Notes: generated from the letters alone by a model not told the origin. Shown: positions 10,165 to 19,967, numbered from the stretch's first letter. The stretch is 64,000 nucleotides of DNA from an uncultured Anaerolineales bacterium (GCA_964621835.1 CAZUMA010000003.1:1727-65726); one strand, 5' to 3'. Numbers and translations: made by a program.

Positions 10165-10826
10165 CGTTTAGTTGTCCCATCCCCGATGGGGAATCCCGCT
10201 TGCTGGAGACGGGGGAAAAGAAAAGCGCGCAGTTCTTGTTGGACCTCGTCAAAAGTCTGGCCGGCATCCACAACCACCCAGCGGTTCGGATCTCGTTCAG
10301 CGAGGGTCAGATACCCTTCCCGGACCCGTTGGTGAAATGCGAGGTCATACGCATCGAGGCGGTTGAAATCTCCCCCCTCTACCCTGCGCTGCAGCCCCAC
10401 CGCGGGGTCAATATCAAGTAAGACTGTGCAATCCGGTATTAATCCGCCCGTTGCATACGCGATGATTTTTTCAAGGGAGTCCAGAGGGTTTTGATGGCCA
10501 AACCCCTGGTAGGCCAGGGTGGAATCAGCATACCGGTCAGACAGGACAATGCCGCCTTGCTCCAGGTGGGGTTTGATCACCTCCTCAACCAATTGGGCCC
10601 TGGCTGCCTGGTAAAGCAGCGCCTCTGTACGGTCAATCATAGCTGTATTTTCAAGATCCAATAAAGTTGCTCGAATCTGGTTGCCAATCGATGTTCCTCC
10701 AGGCTCACGGGTTGAGATGATCGGCAAATTCACTGCTTTTAATTCCCGGATCAGGGGTTTAAGCTGGGCAGTTTTTCCGCTGCCGTCCGGTCCTTCGAAG
10801 GTAATAAACAATCCGGATCTGCGCAT
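10161..10826 (-). CDS. tmk: dTMP (thymidylate) kinase
   Basis: FITFEGPDGSGKTAQ P-loop and STREPGGT. Start trimmed to the ATG at 10826, 17 nt after the stop of the upstream gene. Confidence 0.9.
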   Translation of the reverse strand: MRRSGLFITFEGPDGSGKTAQLKPLIRELKAVNLPIISTREPGGTSIGNQIRATLLDLENTAMIDRTEALLYQAARAQLVEEVIKPHLEQGGIVLSDRYADSTLAYQGFGHQNPLDSLEKIIAYATGGLIPDCTVLLDIDPAVGLQRRVEGGDFNRLDAYDLAFHQRVREGYLTLAERDPNRWVVVDAGQTFDEVQQELRAFLFPRLQQAGFPIGDGTTKR

Positions 10827-10843
10827 GATCACCTCGACCGGAC

Positions 10844-12406
10844 CTACTCTTCTTCCCGGAAGACCCGGACCCGCCGGTTCGGATCCTTGCCATAAGAATG
10901 GGAGGCTAAATTGGCCTGCTGGACCATCTGGTGCTGCAGCCGTCGGATATAGGAGGATGCAGGCGGCAGCTCTACCCACCGTTCGCCGTTCAGCACAGCC
11001 TGAATCGCACCCTGGGTCTGCCGCAGGGCTTCTTCTTCACCGGAGCTCAGAGACCCGTTTTTGAGATTAAAAATGTCTTTTAAGAAATGCTCCATCCGTT
11101 TGCCCGTATTGGACCGCAGCACATAGATTGGGAGGCCAAGTTCCTCTGCGTCCAGGATCGGTTTGGGCCGGTTGCGGTAGTGGTGCTTTAAAGTCACCGC
11201 CAGCTGAGCATCCCGGACGTTCTTCTGGATTTCAATGGGGACGTCAAGGGTCTTGGCCGCTTTCAGCATCCGGTTGCGCGCCACCCCATAGGTAAAAATT
11301 GGGACGGTCTCCAGGTTATTTCGGTCCGGGTAAATCTGATCCTCAAGGCTGGGAGGCTGCTGGTTGAAGGTCAGCCCGCCTCCATCAACTGTCACACGTC
11401 CTGGCTGGGGGGACTTTTTAATCCGGATTTCACCATCTTTCTGCCGGGAGCGAATTTCCGGGACCAGCGGTTCTCCTCGCAGCAGGGAGTCAACCGCCGT
11501 GGCAACATCCTGATGGATCGCCAGGGTGTCGCGGGTTTGAATTTCTATCAGGACATGAAAGGTTGGATTCGACCGCCGCTCCAGCACTGTTTTCTGTGTA
11601 CCGCGCCGGCGAGCTTCCTCATCAGAGAGCGTCACCGATTCAATCCCGCCGACCAAATCAGCCAGGGTTGGGTTGATCAGCAGATTCTGCAGCGTATTGC
11701 CGTGGGCGGTGCCGATCAACTGCACCCCCCTTTCTGCAATGGTCCGGGCAGCCAGGGCTTCCAGCTCCCGGCCGATCTCATCAATCACGATCACCTCTGG
11801 ATTATGATTTTCAACCGCCTCAATCATGACCTCATGCTGCAGGGTTGGCAAGGCGACCTGCATTCTTCTGGCTTTCCCGATGGCTGGGTGGGGCACATCG
11901 CCATCCCCGGCGATTTCATTTGAGGTGTCGACAATCACCACCCTTTTTGACTCTGCCAGGATCCGGGCAGCTTCTCGAAGCATCGTGGTTTTTCCCACAC
12001 CAGGCCGCCCTAAGATCAGCAGGCTTTTCCCGCTTTTTATTAAATCATTGATAATCTCTGTGGTTCCATAGACGGCCCTACCAACCCGACAGGTCAGGCC
12101 AACAATATCCCCGGTGCGGTTTCGAATCGCCGCGATGCGGTGAAGGGTGCGTTCCAGCCCAGCCCGGTTATCCCCATCAAATGCCCCAATTCGTTCAACC
12201 ACGTAATTGATGTCAGCCCGGGTCACTTCCTCCCGACGGAGGACCCGCTCTTCCCCTGCAAAACGGGCAGTCGGGACCCGGCCTAAATCCAGAATCACCT
12301 CAATCAGATCATCGTTTCTTTCTTCCCCATTGATCGATTCGCTGATGCCGGGTGGAAGGACTTCAAAAAGGGTTTCTAAGTTATCAGTTATTCGTTGATT
12401 GGCCAT
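10844..12406 (-). CDS. AAA-type ATPase with C-terminal R3H nucleic-acid-binding domain (Ycf45 / SpoIIIAA-like)
   Basis: Walker A GRPGVGKTTMLRE, Walker B VVIVDT..., C-terminal R3H-like basic region; 520 aa. Confidence 0.7.
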   Translation of the reverse strand: MANQRITDNLETLFEVLPPGISESINGEERNDDLIEVILDLGRVPTARFAGEERVLRREEVTRADINYVVERIGAFDGDNRAGLERTLHRIAAIRNRTGDIVGLTCRVGRAVYGTTEIINDLIKSGKSLLILGRPGVGKTTMLREAARILAESKRVVIVDTSNEIAGDGDVPHPAIGKARRMQVALPTLQHEVMIEAVENHNPEVIVIDEIGRELEALAARTIAERGVQLIGTAHGNTLQNLLINPTLADLVGGIESVTLSDEEARRRGTQKTVLERRSNPTFHVLIEIQTRDTLAIHQDVATAVDSLLRGEPLVPEIRSRQKDGEIRIKKSPQPGRVTVDGGGLTFNQQPPSLEDQIYPDRNNLETVPIFTYGVARNRMLKAAKTLDVPIEIQKNVRDAQLAVTLKHHYRNRPKPILDAEELGLPIYVLRSNTGKRMEHFLKDIFNLKNGSLSSGEEEALRQTQGAIQAVLNGERWVELPPASSYIRRLQHQMVQQANLASHSYGKDPNRRVRVFREEE

Positions 12407-12410
12407 AAGG

Positions 12411-13364
12411 TTAGGTTTCTTTCAGGGTTGTGTTCGAGATTGGTGTTGTAATATCAGGTTGTTTTTCAAATGCTTGATAAGGATAAGCTTGCTTGGCATT
12501 AGCATGCAAGACCAGTTTTTTTACGACAGCCGTTTGACGGATGCTTGACCGCGCTCCAAGGGATTCCAAGGCAGTCTCCAGCTGCGGCTGATACGCCCTG
12601 ACTCGGAAGTAAATCACTTTCGAGTATCCCCTGGGCAGGCGGTGAATAATCTCCGTGAGATGTCTGTCCAGCTCCGGTAAATCTGGCGCAAGCACGATAT
12701 CCACTAAAATAGCTTGAGGGCCAAAAGTAGGCCGGGCACATCCCACTACCTCATCTCCCTGCATGGTGACCAGGCCCGGTAAATCCGGGAAACGCGGAGG
12801 GGGTTCTACTCGCTGCACCTGGTGGGGGGTCACGCGATTATAAAGGGAGATCACGCTTTCTTGATGCTGCCCGGTGATCGGACACCATCTTTCTGTCCCG
12901 GACTGTGGAGACTCATCGGCAAAAATCATCCAGATGGTCTGCTCTGCGTAGGGACGAAAACCACCCTGGTAGAGGGTCTCTTCGATGACCTCTCCCTGGG
13001 GTACCTCGGCGAGAATCTGATATGCTCCCCGTTCCCCGGCTTGCTTGCTGAGATAGGCGAGCAGGCGGGTGAATCCAGGATGGGCAATCTCCATTTTTGG
13101 GGCTAAAAAGGCCAGCCTGGCTGAGATCTGATTCGCCGGGTGATAGAGCTGGCCCATCAGGTTGAGGGTTGAAGAATCCTCCAAATGCTGCACGGTGGTG
13201 AAATAACCGCTGGCGGGAGCGACCACAGAAAGGAGAATACTTGAAAATAACCCCGGCGTATACAACAGCCTGAGCTCATTATCCAGATACTGCTGTTGAT
13301 CACGATAGCGAGGTAAGGAGAGGAAATCCTTCCACGCAAAACCTTGAGCCATACCTACCCGCAT
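12411..13364 (-). CDS. Hypothetical protein, possibly a tandem GNAT-like fold
   Basis: Long ORF tightly packed between pdxT and the R3H ATPase gene. I recognise no diagnostic motif; the GNAT idea is a weak impression only. Confidence 0.45.
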   Translation of the reverse strand: MRVGMAQGFAWKDFLSLPRYRDQQQYLDNELRLLYTPGLFSSILLSVVAPASGYFTTVQHLEDSSTLNLMGQLYHPANQISARLAFLAPKMEIAHPGFTRLLAYLSKQAGERGAYQILAEVPQGEVIEETLYQGGFRPYAEQTIWMIFADESPQSGTERWCPITGQHQESVISLYNRVTPHQVQRVEPPPRFPDLPGLVTMQGDEVVGCARPTFGPQAILVDIVLAPDLPELDRHLTEIIHRLPRGYSKVIYFRVRAYQPQLETALESLGARSSIRQTAVVKKLVLHANAKQAYPYQAFEKQPDITTPISNTTLKET

Positions 13365-14000
13365 TCAGCGTGTTTGCGCTGACTGTGTCAGGGTCAGAAA
13401 ATAGCGGTGCACACGGTCATCCTCGGTCAATTCAGGATGAAACGCAGTGGCTAACAAATGACCCTGCTGAGCGGCAACGATGCGGTGATCCGGGAGCTGG
13501 GCAAGGACAACAGCATCCCCGGACACGGAATCAATTAACGGGGCCCGAATAAAAACACCATGGAAGAGGGTGCCGTTTTGGGAAACGGATTCTAAAGCAG
13601 GAAATTCCAGGTCTGTCTCAAAGCTGTTGATTTGTCTCCCATAGGCATTCCGTTCGACTGTGATGTCCATGAGACCCAGAATCGGCTGGCTCCGGTGGGC
13701 ATCTTTGGAGAGCAGGATCGCTCCAGCACAGGTGCCCCAGATGGCTTTCTGCTTTCCAAATTCCCGGATTGGTTCCAGCAGGTGAAAATCCTCTGCCAGT
13801 TTCCCAATGGTGGTCGACTCCCCCCCGGGGATGATCAATCCGTCCAGATCTTCCAGCTGATCTGGAAGCCGAACCTCAACCCCTGCTGCTCCAATGTTGT
13901 TGAGGACCCGAAGATGTTCCTCAAATGAACCCTGCAGCGCCAAAACCCCAATCCTGCGTTCTGGAACTTGAGAAGCCTGATGTTTATTTCCTGAAACCAT
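13365..14000 (-). CDS. pdxT: Pyridoxal 5'-phosphate synthase glutaminase subunit PdxT
   Basis: IGVLALQGSFEEH, GGESTTIGKL, GTCAG (catalytic Cys), FHPE. The start is uncertain (ATG 14000 or TTG 14033). Confidence 0.9.
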   Translation of the reverse strand: MVSGNKHQASQVPERRIGVLALQGSFEEHLRVLNNIGAAGVEVRLPDQLEDLDGLIIPGGESTTIGKLAEDFHLLEPIREFGKQKAIWGTCAGAILLSKDAHRSQPILGLMDITVERNAYGRQINSFETDLEFPALESVSQNGTLFHGVFIRAPLIDSVSGDAVVLAQLPDHRIVAAQQGHLLATAFHPELTEDDRVHRYFLTLTQSAQTR

Positions 14001-14026
14001 TGTATTACTAATACCGCAAATCGTTA

Positions 14027-14914
14027 CTACCAACCACGTTCTGCCAGTCGTTCCCCTTCCAATAAACCTGAAACGCTGCGGCCTACCATTGCTTCCCCAA
14101 GATTTCGGCTTACCTCGGCCAAAATCTCCGGGTTGTTGAAATGCGTGACAGCTTTGACGATTGCTTCGCCTCTTTTTGCCGGATCCCCGGATTTAAATAT
14201 ACCCGAGCCAACAAAGACCCCATCCACACCCAGCTGCATCATCAGGGCTGCATCCGCGGGAGTGGCCACCCCACCGGCAGCAAAATTAACCACGGGGAGC
14301 CTTCCCAGATCCTTGGTTTCCTTGACCAGCTGATAGGGTGCGCCTATCCTCTTGGCAAAGCTCATCAGCTCCTCATCCGGGATCATGGTCAGTTTTCGAA
14401 TATCTCCCAGGACAGCGCGGGCATGTCGGACGGCTTCAACCACATCTCCTGTTCCCGCTTCGCCTTTGGTGCGGATCATCGCTGCCCCCTCGCCTATGCG
14501 GCGCAGGGCTTCACCGAGATTCCGACAGCCACATACAAAAGGTGTTTTAAAGTCATGTTTGTTGATATGGTGTGCTTCATCTGCCGGGGTGAGCACTTCC
14601 GATTCATCGATATAATCCACCTCAAGCGCTTCCAGGATCTGGGCTTCAACAAAATGCCCAATACGAACCTTGGCCATCACAGGGATAGAGACACTTTCCA
14701 TAATTTGGATGATCAATTCTGGATCGCTCATCCGGGCTACCCCCCCATCGGCGCGGATGTCTGCGGGAACCCGCTCTAATGCCATGACCGCGACTGCGCC
14801 TGCGTCCTCAGCGATTTTCGCCTGATCCGCAGTGACCACATCCATGATCACCCCACCCTTGAGCATTTGTGCCAGCCCTTTTTTCGTGGTAAACGTGCTA
14901 ACTTTTGAGTTCAT
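14027..14914 (-). CDS. pdxS: Pyridoxal 5'-phosphate synthase lyase subunit PdxS
   Basis: [32 protein letters not shown]. Start trimmed to the ATG at 14914, which has GGAG upstream. Confidence 0.95.
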   Translation of the reverse strand: MNSKVSTFTTKKGLAQMLKGGVIMDVVTADQAKIAEDAGAVAVMALERVPADIRADGGVARMSDPELIIQIMESVSIPVMAKVRIGHFVEAQILEALEVDYIDESEVLTPADEAHHINKHDFKTPFVCGCRNLGEALRRIGEGAAMIRTKGEAGTGDVVEAVRHARAVLGDIRKLTMIPDEELMSFAKRIGAPYQLVKETKDLGRLPVVNFAAGGVATPADAALMMQLGVDGVFVGSGIFKSGDPAKRGEAIVKAVTHFNNPEILAEVSRNLGEAMVGRSVSGLLEGERLAERGW

Positions 14915-15206
14915 CGGTTTCTTACTCCTGTCCCACCAACTTGCTTGGATGATGACTTGCTGAGGGGGCAAAGGTGAGTGATAAAACCCTTCGATTTCCA
15001 AAGCAAGCGGAGGTTTTTGATATGCGGCAGAGAACAACCAGCTGCAGGCTGATTCTACCACGCAGCCATATTCAAATCAAATTATCCCTGTTAGAGCTTT
15101 ATTAGATAAGCCGCGCCTGTTCAGCTCACAGAATGAGAGGGCCCTTCTGGGATCTGGAACAGAAAGGATCTTCAATCATTGACCCGTTCAGCAGCCTGCG
15201 GGAAAT

Positions 15207-15482
15207 CTAGCGGGAGACCACGTTAAGCCGGATGGCTGTACGGATGTTCCCGTCGATTTCCACATCGACAAATTCCGGGATGCTGACTACATCATATCCA
15301 TCCTCAGCCAGGTAATCCCGCGCAAGGGCCAGCGCTTTCACAGCCTGATTGACCGCACTGGCACCAATTGCCTGCACATTGGCAAATTTCTGCTCGCGAA
15401 AGATACCTGCTATTGCCCCCGCTACAGCTGAGGTTCGGGATGTCGCTGAAACCTTGATGATTTCCACATTGTGGGTGTCCAT
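15207..15482 (-). CDS. spoVS: Stage V sporulation protein S family protein
   Basis: KVSATSRTSAVAGAIAG...QAIGASAVNQAVKALALAR is the SpoVS signature. ATG at 15482 with GGGAG 6 nt upstream. Confidence 0.9.
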   Translation of the reverse strand: MDTHNVEIIKVSATSRTSAVAGAIAGIFREQKFANVQAIGASAVNQAVKALALARDYLAEDGYDVVSIPEFVDVEIDGNIRTAIRLNVVSR

Positions 15483-15578
15483 GACAAGCTCCCTGGGCAA
15501 GACGCAATCCAGTCATCGAATGATGGATCTATTCATTTGGTGCTATTCATTGTACAAAATGCCCAGCATAAAATCAAT

Positions 15579-15596
15579 ATCTTGTCTAGACAAGAT
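15579..15596. promoter_or_regulatory. 18-bp perfect palindrome in the spoVS / cupin divergent intergenic region (candidate operator)
   Basis: ATCTTGTCTAGACAAGAT read directly. It is followed by two direct copies of CTCTTTATGT (15597-15606, 15616-15625) and a TATAAT at 15640-45. Confidence 0.5.
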
Positions 15597-15707
15597 CTCT
15601 TTATGTAACCTGACGCTCTTTATGTGATTACAAATACAGTATAATGGGTCTATAAGCCGCGGTGGAGATCGTACTGATGGCCCCCACCCCGGACCAAGGA
15701 GGAATCC

Positions 15708-16031
15708 ATGCCCGAGGACTATCATTTTTTTGCCCAGCTTCCCCAGGGGAGTGATCCCCTCCCTGAAGACAGCATCCTCAGCCGCACCCTGCTTGAAAAA
15801 CCAGGGATAAAAACCATTCTGTTCAGCTTTGCAGAAGGGCAGGAGCTCTCCCAACACACCGCCTCTGTGCCGGCGGTGATCCATTTTCAAAAAGGGAAAG
15901 CCCGGCTCACCCTGGGCGAGGATCAGCACACAGCCCAACCCGGGACCTGGATTTACCTGCCGGCAAAAATGCCCCACAGCATCGCTGCTGAAACCAGGGT
16001 GGAGATGCTCCTATACCTGCTGGGAACATAA
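15708..16031 (+). CDS. Cupin domain-containing protein
   Basis: About 107 aa beta-barrel with an H-containing cupin-like pattern (ELSQHTASVPAVIHFQKG...YLPAKMPHS); GGAGG RBS. Confidence 0.6.
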   Translation: MPEDYHFFAQLPQGSDPLPEDSILSRTLLEKPGIKTILFSFAEGQELSQHTASVPAVIHFQKGKARLTLGEDQHTAQPGTWIYLPAKMPHSIAAETRVEMLLYLLGT

Positions 16032-16061
16032 TCGGCCAGATCCGCGAGAAGGAGACCTGCC

Positions 16062-16826
16062 ATGCAGATTCTGGTGATTTTCAACGGGGAGTACGGGAAA
16101 CGGCATTTTGAGAACATTGCCGCCCATGGTCCGCCTACCTGGACCCTGCATTCCTGGCAGGCCCCCCGGATTTTTCCACCTGTCATCGATGATCCCAAAG
16201 ATTTCCTTCCTGAGAAACTACCCGAAGTGGATTTAATTCTCTCGGTTGCAGAACACCGGGGGGTCGCAGAACTGCTTCCGGAGATCGCCCGTCAGACCGG
16301 CGCCGAAGCGGTGATCGCAGCAGTGGACGATGATTCCTGGCTTCCGCGAGGGTTAGAAAACCAGCTTCACCAATGGTTATCAGAGATCGAGGTGGTTTGT
16401 GTCACTCCCCGTCCGCTGTGCTCCCTGACCAAAAAAGATTTTGGGCTCACCCGCCACCAGCGCCAACCCTATCAGCAAGAGCGGATCGCGGAGTTTGCCG
16501 CCGAATTTGGCCAGCCAACGCTGGAGCTGACGATTGATGAAGACTCCCGGACCATCTGTAAAGCAACCGTCTCTCGGGATGCCGTTTGCGGCTGCGCCCA
16601 GCATGTCGCAGCTGGTTTGGTTGGCGTTTCCGTGGACGAAGCAGAGGAAAAAACCGGGCTGCTGCACCATCATTATCCCTGCCTGGCGAGCATGCAGAAA
16701 CTGGCTGATTTCAACCAGGATACCTTGATGCATGCCTCCGGTCAGATTTTGAAAAATCAGGTGAGCGAGCAGGTCAAGCCTTTCCGGAAAATCCGCACCA
16801 TCACCCCCGGGAAACGCTCGGAATAG
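16062..16826 (+). CDS. DUF166-like protein
   Basis: Pattern ...CVTPRPLCSL...VCGCAQHVAAGLVG...HHHYPCLASM resembles DUF166 as I remember it; AAGGAG RBS. Confidence 0.4.
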   Translation: MQILVIFNGEYGKRHFENIAAHGPPTWTLHSWQAPRIFPPVIDDPKDFLPEKLPEVDLILSVAEHRGVAELLPEIARQTGAEAVIAAVDDDSWLPRGLENQLHQWLSEIEVVCVTPRPLCSLTKKDFGLTRHQRQPYQQERIAEFAAEFGQPTLELTIDEDSRTICKATVSRDAVCGCAQHVAAGLVGVSVDEAEEKTGLLHHHYPCLASMQKLADFNQDTLMHASGQILKNQVSEQVKPFRKIRTITPGKRSE

Positions 16827-17084
16827 CCCTCACCGGTGGCGTGGTTTTCAAGCTCCAGCCGCCTCTTTCCGACCCCTTTCCGCCGTGATTTCTCGAATCG
16901 AAAAATCCCCCAGGGGGCATTTCAGACTCCATCCCTGTGCTGGAACCAGGAAGCGCTCCCCTCTCTGAGTTAGTGAATTCCCGGGCAGAAACCAGGAGAA
17001 GCGGGGGAAAGGGATTTTTTCCTCGCTGCGAAAAATGAGCATGAATGCGTTACAATTAATATCCCTGATCAGGAAGACAAATTC

Positions 17085-17942
17085 ATGCTCCAGAAATTTC
17101 AAGAAAATTACCTGCCGTTAATTAAAACCCCGCAAACCCTGCTGCTGCTTCTCACCGGTATGGCCGGGTATATGACTGCCCGCTGTCCCCTATTGAGCAT
17201 ACCCACCCTGCTGGCTGCCGCAGGCAGTCTTTTCTTGTCAATCAGCGGGAGCACCATCCTGAATATGTGGTACGACCGGGATCTTGATGCCCAAATGCCC
17301 CGGACCTGTGACCGCCCCCTGGCGGCCAGTCGACTCCTGCCCCGGGAGGGGTTTCACGTCGGGACTGTGGTCTCCACCCTGGGGATCAGCTGGGCGCTGG
17401 CGCTGGATCCGCTGTTTGGAGGAATTGTTTTTTTGGGGTTCTTTTTTGATGTGGTCATCTACACAATCTGGTTGAAACGCCGCAGCCCCTGGTCGATCCT
17501 CTGGGGAGGGATCTCGGGGGGCATGCCGGTGCTGGCCGGGCGCACCCTGGGTCTTGGAAAGATTGATTGGATCGGTGTTACCCTGGCCCTGGCAATTCTC
17601 TTCTGGATCCCAACCCATATCCTCACCTTCAGCCTCCGCTACGACCAGGAGTACCAGGCCGCTGGGATCCCGACCTTTCCTGCAACCTATGGTATTCGTG
17701 CGACCCGGATGATCATTGCTGTCTCCAGCATCCTGGCTGCGGTCGCGATGGTAGTGAGCGGGTCCGGCGTGGGGATGACCTGGGGGTCCCTGCACATCCT
17801 GGGAGGGCTCTCAGCAGGACTTCTTTTTTTGGCCATCCGCAGCCTCACCCGACCTTCAGAGCGATCTACCTGGAGATTATTTAAATATGCCTCATTTTAT
17901 ATGATGGGGTCGATGCTCTTGCTGGCCATCACTGGGTTATAA
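17085..17942 (+). CDS. ctaB: UbiA-family prenyltransferase, most like protoheme IX farnesyltransferase (heme O synthase)
   Basis: NMWYDRDLDAQMPRTCDRPL aspartate-rich motif and about 9 TM segments. Confidence 0.7.
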   Translation: MLQKFQENYLPLIKTPQTLLLLLTGMAGYMTARCPLLSIPTLLAAAGSLFLSISGSTILNMWYDRDLDAQMPRTCDRPLAASRLLPREGFHVGTVVSTLGISWALALDPLFGGIVFLGFFFDVVIYTIWLKRRSPWSILWGGISGGMPVLAGRTLGLGKIDWIGVTLALAILFWIPTHILTFSLRYDQEYQAAGIPTFPATYGIRATRMIIAVSSILAAVAMVVSGSGVGMTWGSLHILGGLSAGLLFLAIRSLTRPSERSTWRLFKYASFYMMGSMLLLAITGL

Positions 17943-18054
17943 TCTCCTGTCTTGAGTTCCGCCCTGTGATGGAGAAGGTTTCTAAACCAGGCTGGGCACC
18001 AGGGGCAAGTTCATTAGAAAATTTTTTAGACAGCGGTAAGTTCTACAGATAAAA

Positions 18055-18906
18055 CTACTTGTTTTTATTGCCCTTGTCTTTGCTGCCCTTATCTTGATTG
18101 CCCTTGTCTTTATCGCCCTTGTCTTGATTACCCTTGTCTTTGCTGCCCTTGTCTTGATTGCCCTTTCCGTTGTTTTCTTTGTCCTGCTTATTAGTGCCTT
18201 TTGCTTTCCCCGGTGGCTCATGCTCGTCCTGCTCCGATGACGGACCCTGGGAGTCCGGTGCTTTACTTTTCTCCAGCTTCTCCCTGATATGCTCCGGGAC
18301 ACCCTTATTCTGTTCTTTCCCCCTCCCCTGATCGAACTTATCAATCTCAGGTACTTGATGTCGATCTGGCGGCCTTGCATCCCTCACAGAAATCGGGTCC
18401 CTGCCAGGAAAAGTTTTTGGAGTTAGTAAATTCTCTTGATGGATCTCAAGATTTGAAAGTACCTGCCCGGGTATTGGTTGACCCTGACGGGTCAGGGTGA
18501 AGATTTCATCAACACGGCGAGTAAAAAACTTGGTGTGAAGAGCAATTTTCTTTTCTTCCTGGAAAGCAAATCGCAGTCTCACTTCTTCACTGAAGATTTT
18601 TAGCGTATAAAGCTGATCATTTGGAAGGCTGTCCTGGGAGGCATAGACCGTACCGGTCAGTGTTCCAAGCATGAGTCCAGCAGCAATCATCAAACTCAAC
18701 AAGACAGGAGACAGACTTCGCTTCCCCATGGCAGGGGTCCGGACCAAGCGCCTCCTTTTTTTCTGCCTGGGATCAATTTCCAGGTCCTTAAGAAGGGACT
18801 TTGCTTCAGAAAGGAAAATCCTTCTCCCCCGTGCTGCCTGCTGGGGATCTCTGGGACAGGACAGGTTTTTATAGGCAGAAATATATCCCAACAAAAAATC
18901 AGACAT
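18055..18906 (-). CDS. Putative anti-sigma factor: single TM, DUF5667-like ectodomain, C-terminal K/D/G/N pentapeptide repeats
   Basis: The ATG at 18906 overlaps the sigma-factor stop (ATGTCTGA coupling). One TM segment (VLLSLMIAAGLMLGTL). The C-terminus is GNQDKGSKDKGNQDKGDKDKGNQDKGSKDKGNKNK. Confidence 0.5.
   Translation of the reverse strand: MSDFLLGYISAYKNLSCPRDPQQAARGRRIFLSEAKSLLKDLEIDPRQKKRRRLVRTPAMGKRSLSPVLLSLMIAAGLMLGTLTGTVYASQDSLPNDQLYTLKIFSEEVRLRFAFQEEKKIALHTKFFTRRVDEIFTLTRQGQPIPGQVLSNLEIHQENLLTPKTFPGRDPISVRDARPPDRHQVPEIDKFDQGRGKEQNKGVPEHIREKLEKSKAPDSQGPSSEQDEHEPPGKAKGTNKQDKENNGKGNQDKGSKDKGNQDKGDKDKGNQDKGSKDKGNKNK
18070..18174. repeat. Seven tandem copies of a 15-nt unit (three 30-nt super-units plus one) at the 3' end of the anti-sigma gene
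   Basis: Units: GCCCTTGTCTTTGCT / GCCCTTATCTTGATT / GCCCTTGTCTTTATC / GCCCTTGTCTTGATT / ACCCTTGTCTTTGCT / GCCCTTGTCTTGATT / GCCCTTTCCGTTGTT. Confidence 0.85.
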
Positions 18907-19471
18907 GGTTTGTCTCATATACTTCATCTTTTCTAATCTTCTGTTTATCTAACAGCCTTTTGAGAGAAGCGATGGCTCGATGGTGGAGAGATTTCACGGC
19001 GCCTTCTGTTTTTTCCATCACCTGAGCGATTTCAGCGTTGCTCAACTCTTCAACATACCGAAGAAGAATGACCTGCTGCTGATCCGGGGTGAGTCTTCTG
19101 AGCACGCTCCGAAGTGCTAAACCCTTTACCTTTAGATCCATTAAAGCGGACGGGCTGCTGCTTTCACTGTAACAATCCTCATTCAACTCCAGCGGAGGAG
19201 GTGGTTCCCGTCGGTACACATCCGTGATCAAATTATGGATCATTCGATAAAGATATGCCTTCAGGTGGTCCTCCGGCCCTCCTCCATTTTTTATCGCGTG
19301 TAAGAATCTGCTGAATGTTTCCGAGACAAGATCCTCTGCTTTTTGGGGATTCCCCAATCTTCGATCTGCATAGGCATACAGCTGGTCACTGTACCGATCA
19401 TAAATTTCCTCCAAAGCCTGTTGGTCATACTTTTGAGCTTTCTGGAGGAGCTGTTTTTCGATTAAAGACAT
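18899..19471 (-). CDS. ECF-type RNA polymerase sigma-70 family factor
   Basis: Region 2 (DLVSETFSRFLH...) and region 4 HTH (LSNAEIAQVMEKTEGAVKSLHHRA); 190 aa. Confidence 0.85.
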   Translation of the reverse strand: MSLIEKQLLQKAQKYDQQALEEIYDRYSDQLYAYADRRLGNPQKAEDLVSETFSRFLHAIKNGGGPEDHLKAYLYRMIHNLITDVYRREPPPPLELNEDCYSESSSPSALMDLKVKGLALRSVLRRLTPDQQQVILLRYVEELSNAEIAQVMEKTEGAVKSLHHRAIASLKRLLDKQKIRKDEVYETNHV

Positions 19472-19758
19472 GTGCTTCGCCTACTACGACGCAAATTATT
19501 CCGGATGGTTACGGGGAACCTTTTTACAAAAATATTAGCTGGAAAACTGGCCTCTGAAAATATTCTCTCAATCAGGACATGATTTGCAATCATCGTTCAG
19601 GATTGATCCTGATCAGCCTCAAAAAATAAAACGCTTTTTCATGGGACAGCACCTACATTATTTGGATCCAACATATCGTTTATTGGTGGATAGTGATCCA
19701 TGTCCAGCTGTTTTAAATGCTTTCCATCAACAGTTGCTGCCCGTTAATTCTATCCGAC

Positions 19759-19785
19759 AAAAAAGATCCCCGCCATCCAGGGGAT
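19759..19785 (-). terminator. Orphan terminator-like hairpin (minus-strand sense) in the 496-bp gap upstream of the TadE-Calx gene
   Basis: Minus strand: ATCCCC - TGGATGGC - GGGGAT, then C and T6. No annotated minus-strand gene lies upstream of it. Confidence 0.35.
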
Positions 19786-19967
19786 GCCTGGGATACTATC
19801 AAAATTGATAGGATTGAGCCCGCAACCCACCAAATACCAGGATTTAATTGCATCCCTGTTAGCAATCGTTACCCAACCTAATAATGTGCGTCTTAAAGGG
19901 CGAAAGAAGGCAGCGATTATTAACCAAGTCATCATTCAGTCAGTTTTTATGAAAGAAAGGTGCTCAC

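Noticed and set aside
17982-18380. 132-aa ORF with RAIKTRA-type repeats.
   Set aside because: It is an alternative-frame reading of the 15-nt tandem repeat inside the anti-sigma gene. The anti-sigma frame is supported by translational coupling to the sigma gene and by a TM plus ectodomain layout.
19584-19935. Small ORFs (74 aa on the plus strand, 61 aa on the minus strand) examined as possible Flp pilin genes upstream of the TadE genes. Similar scans were done on gaps 26081-26447 and 33377-33856.
   Set aside because: None has the G/xxxxEY motif followed by a hydrophobic helix, and none has a purine-rich RBS. I conclude that no small Flp pilin gene is detectable in these gaps.
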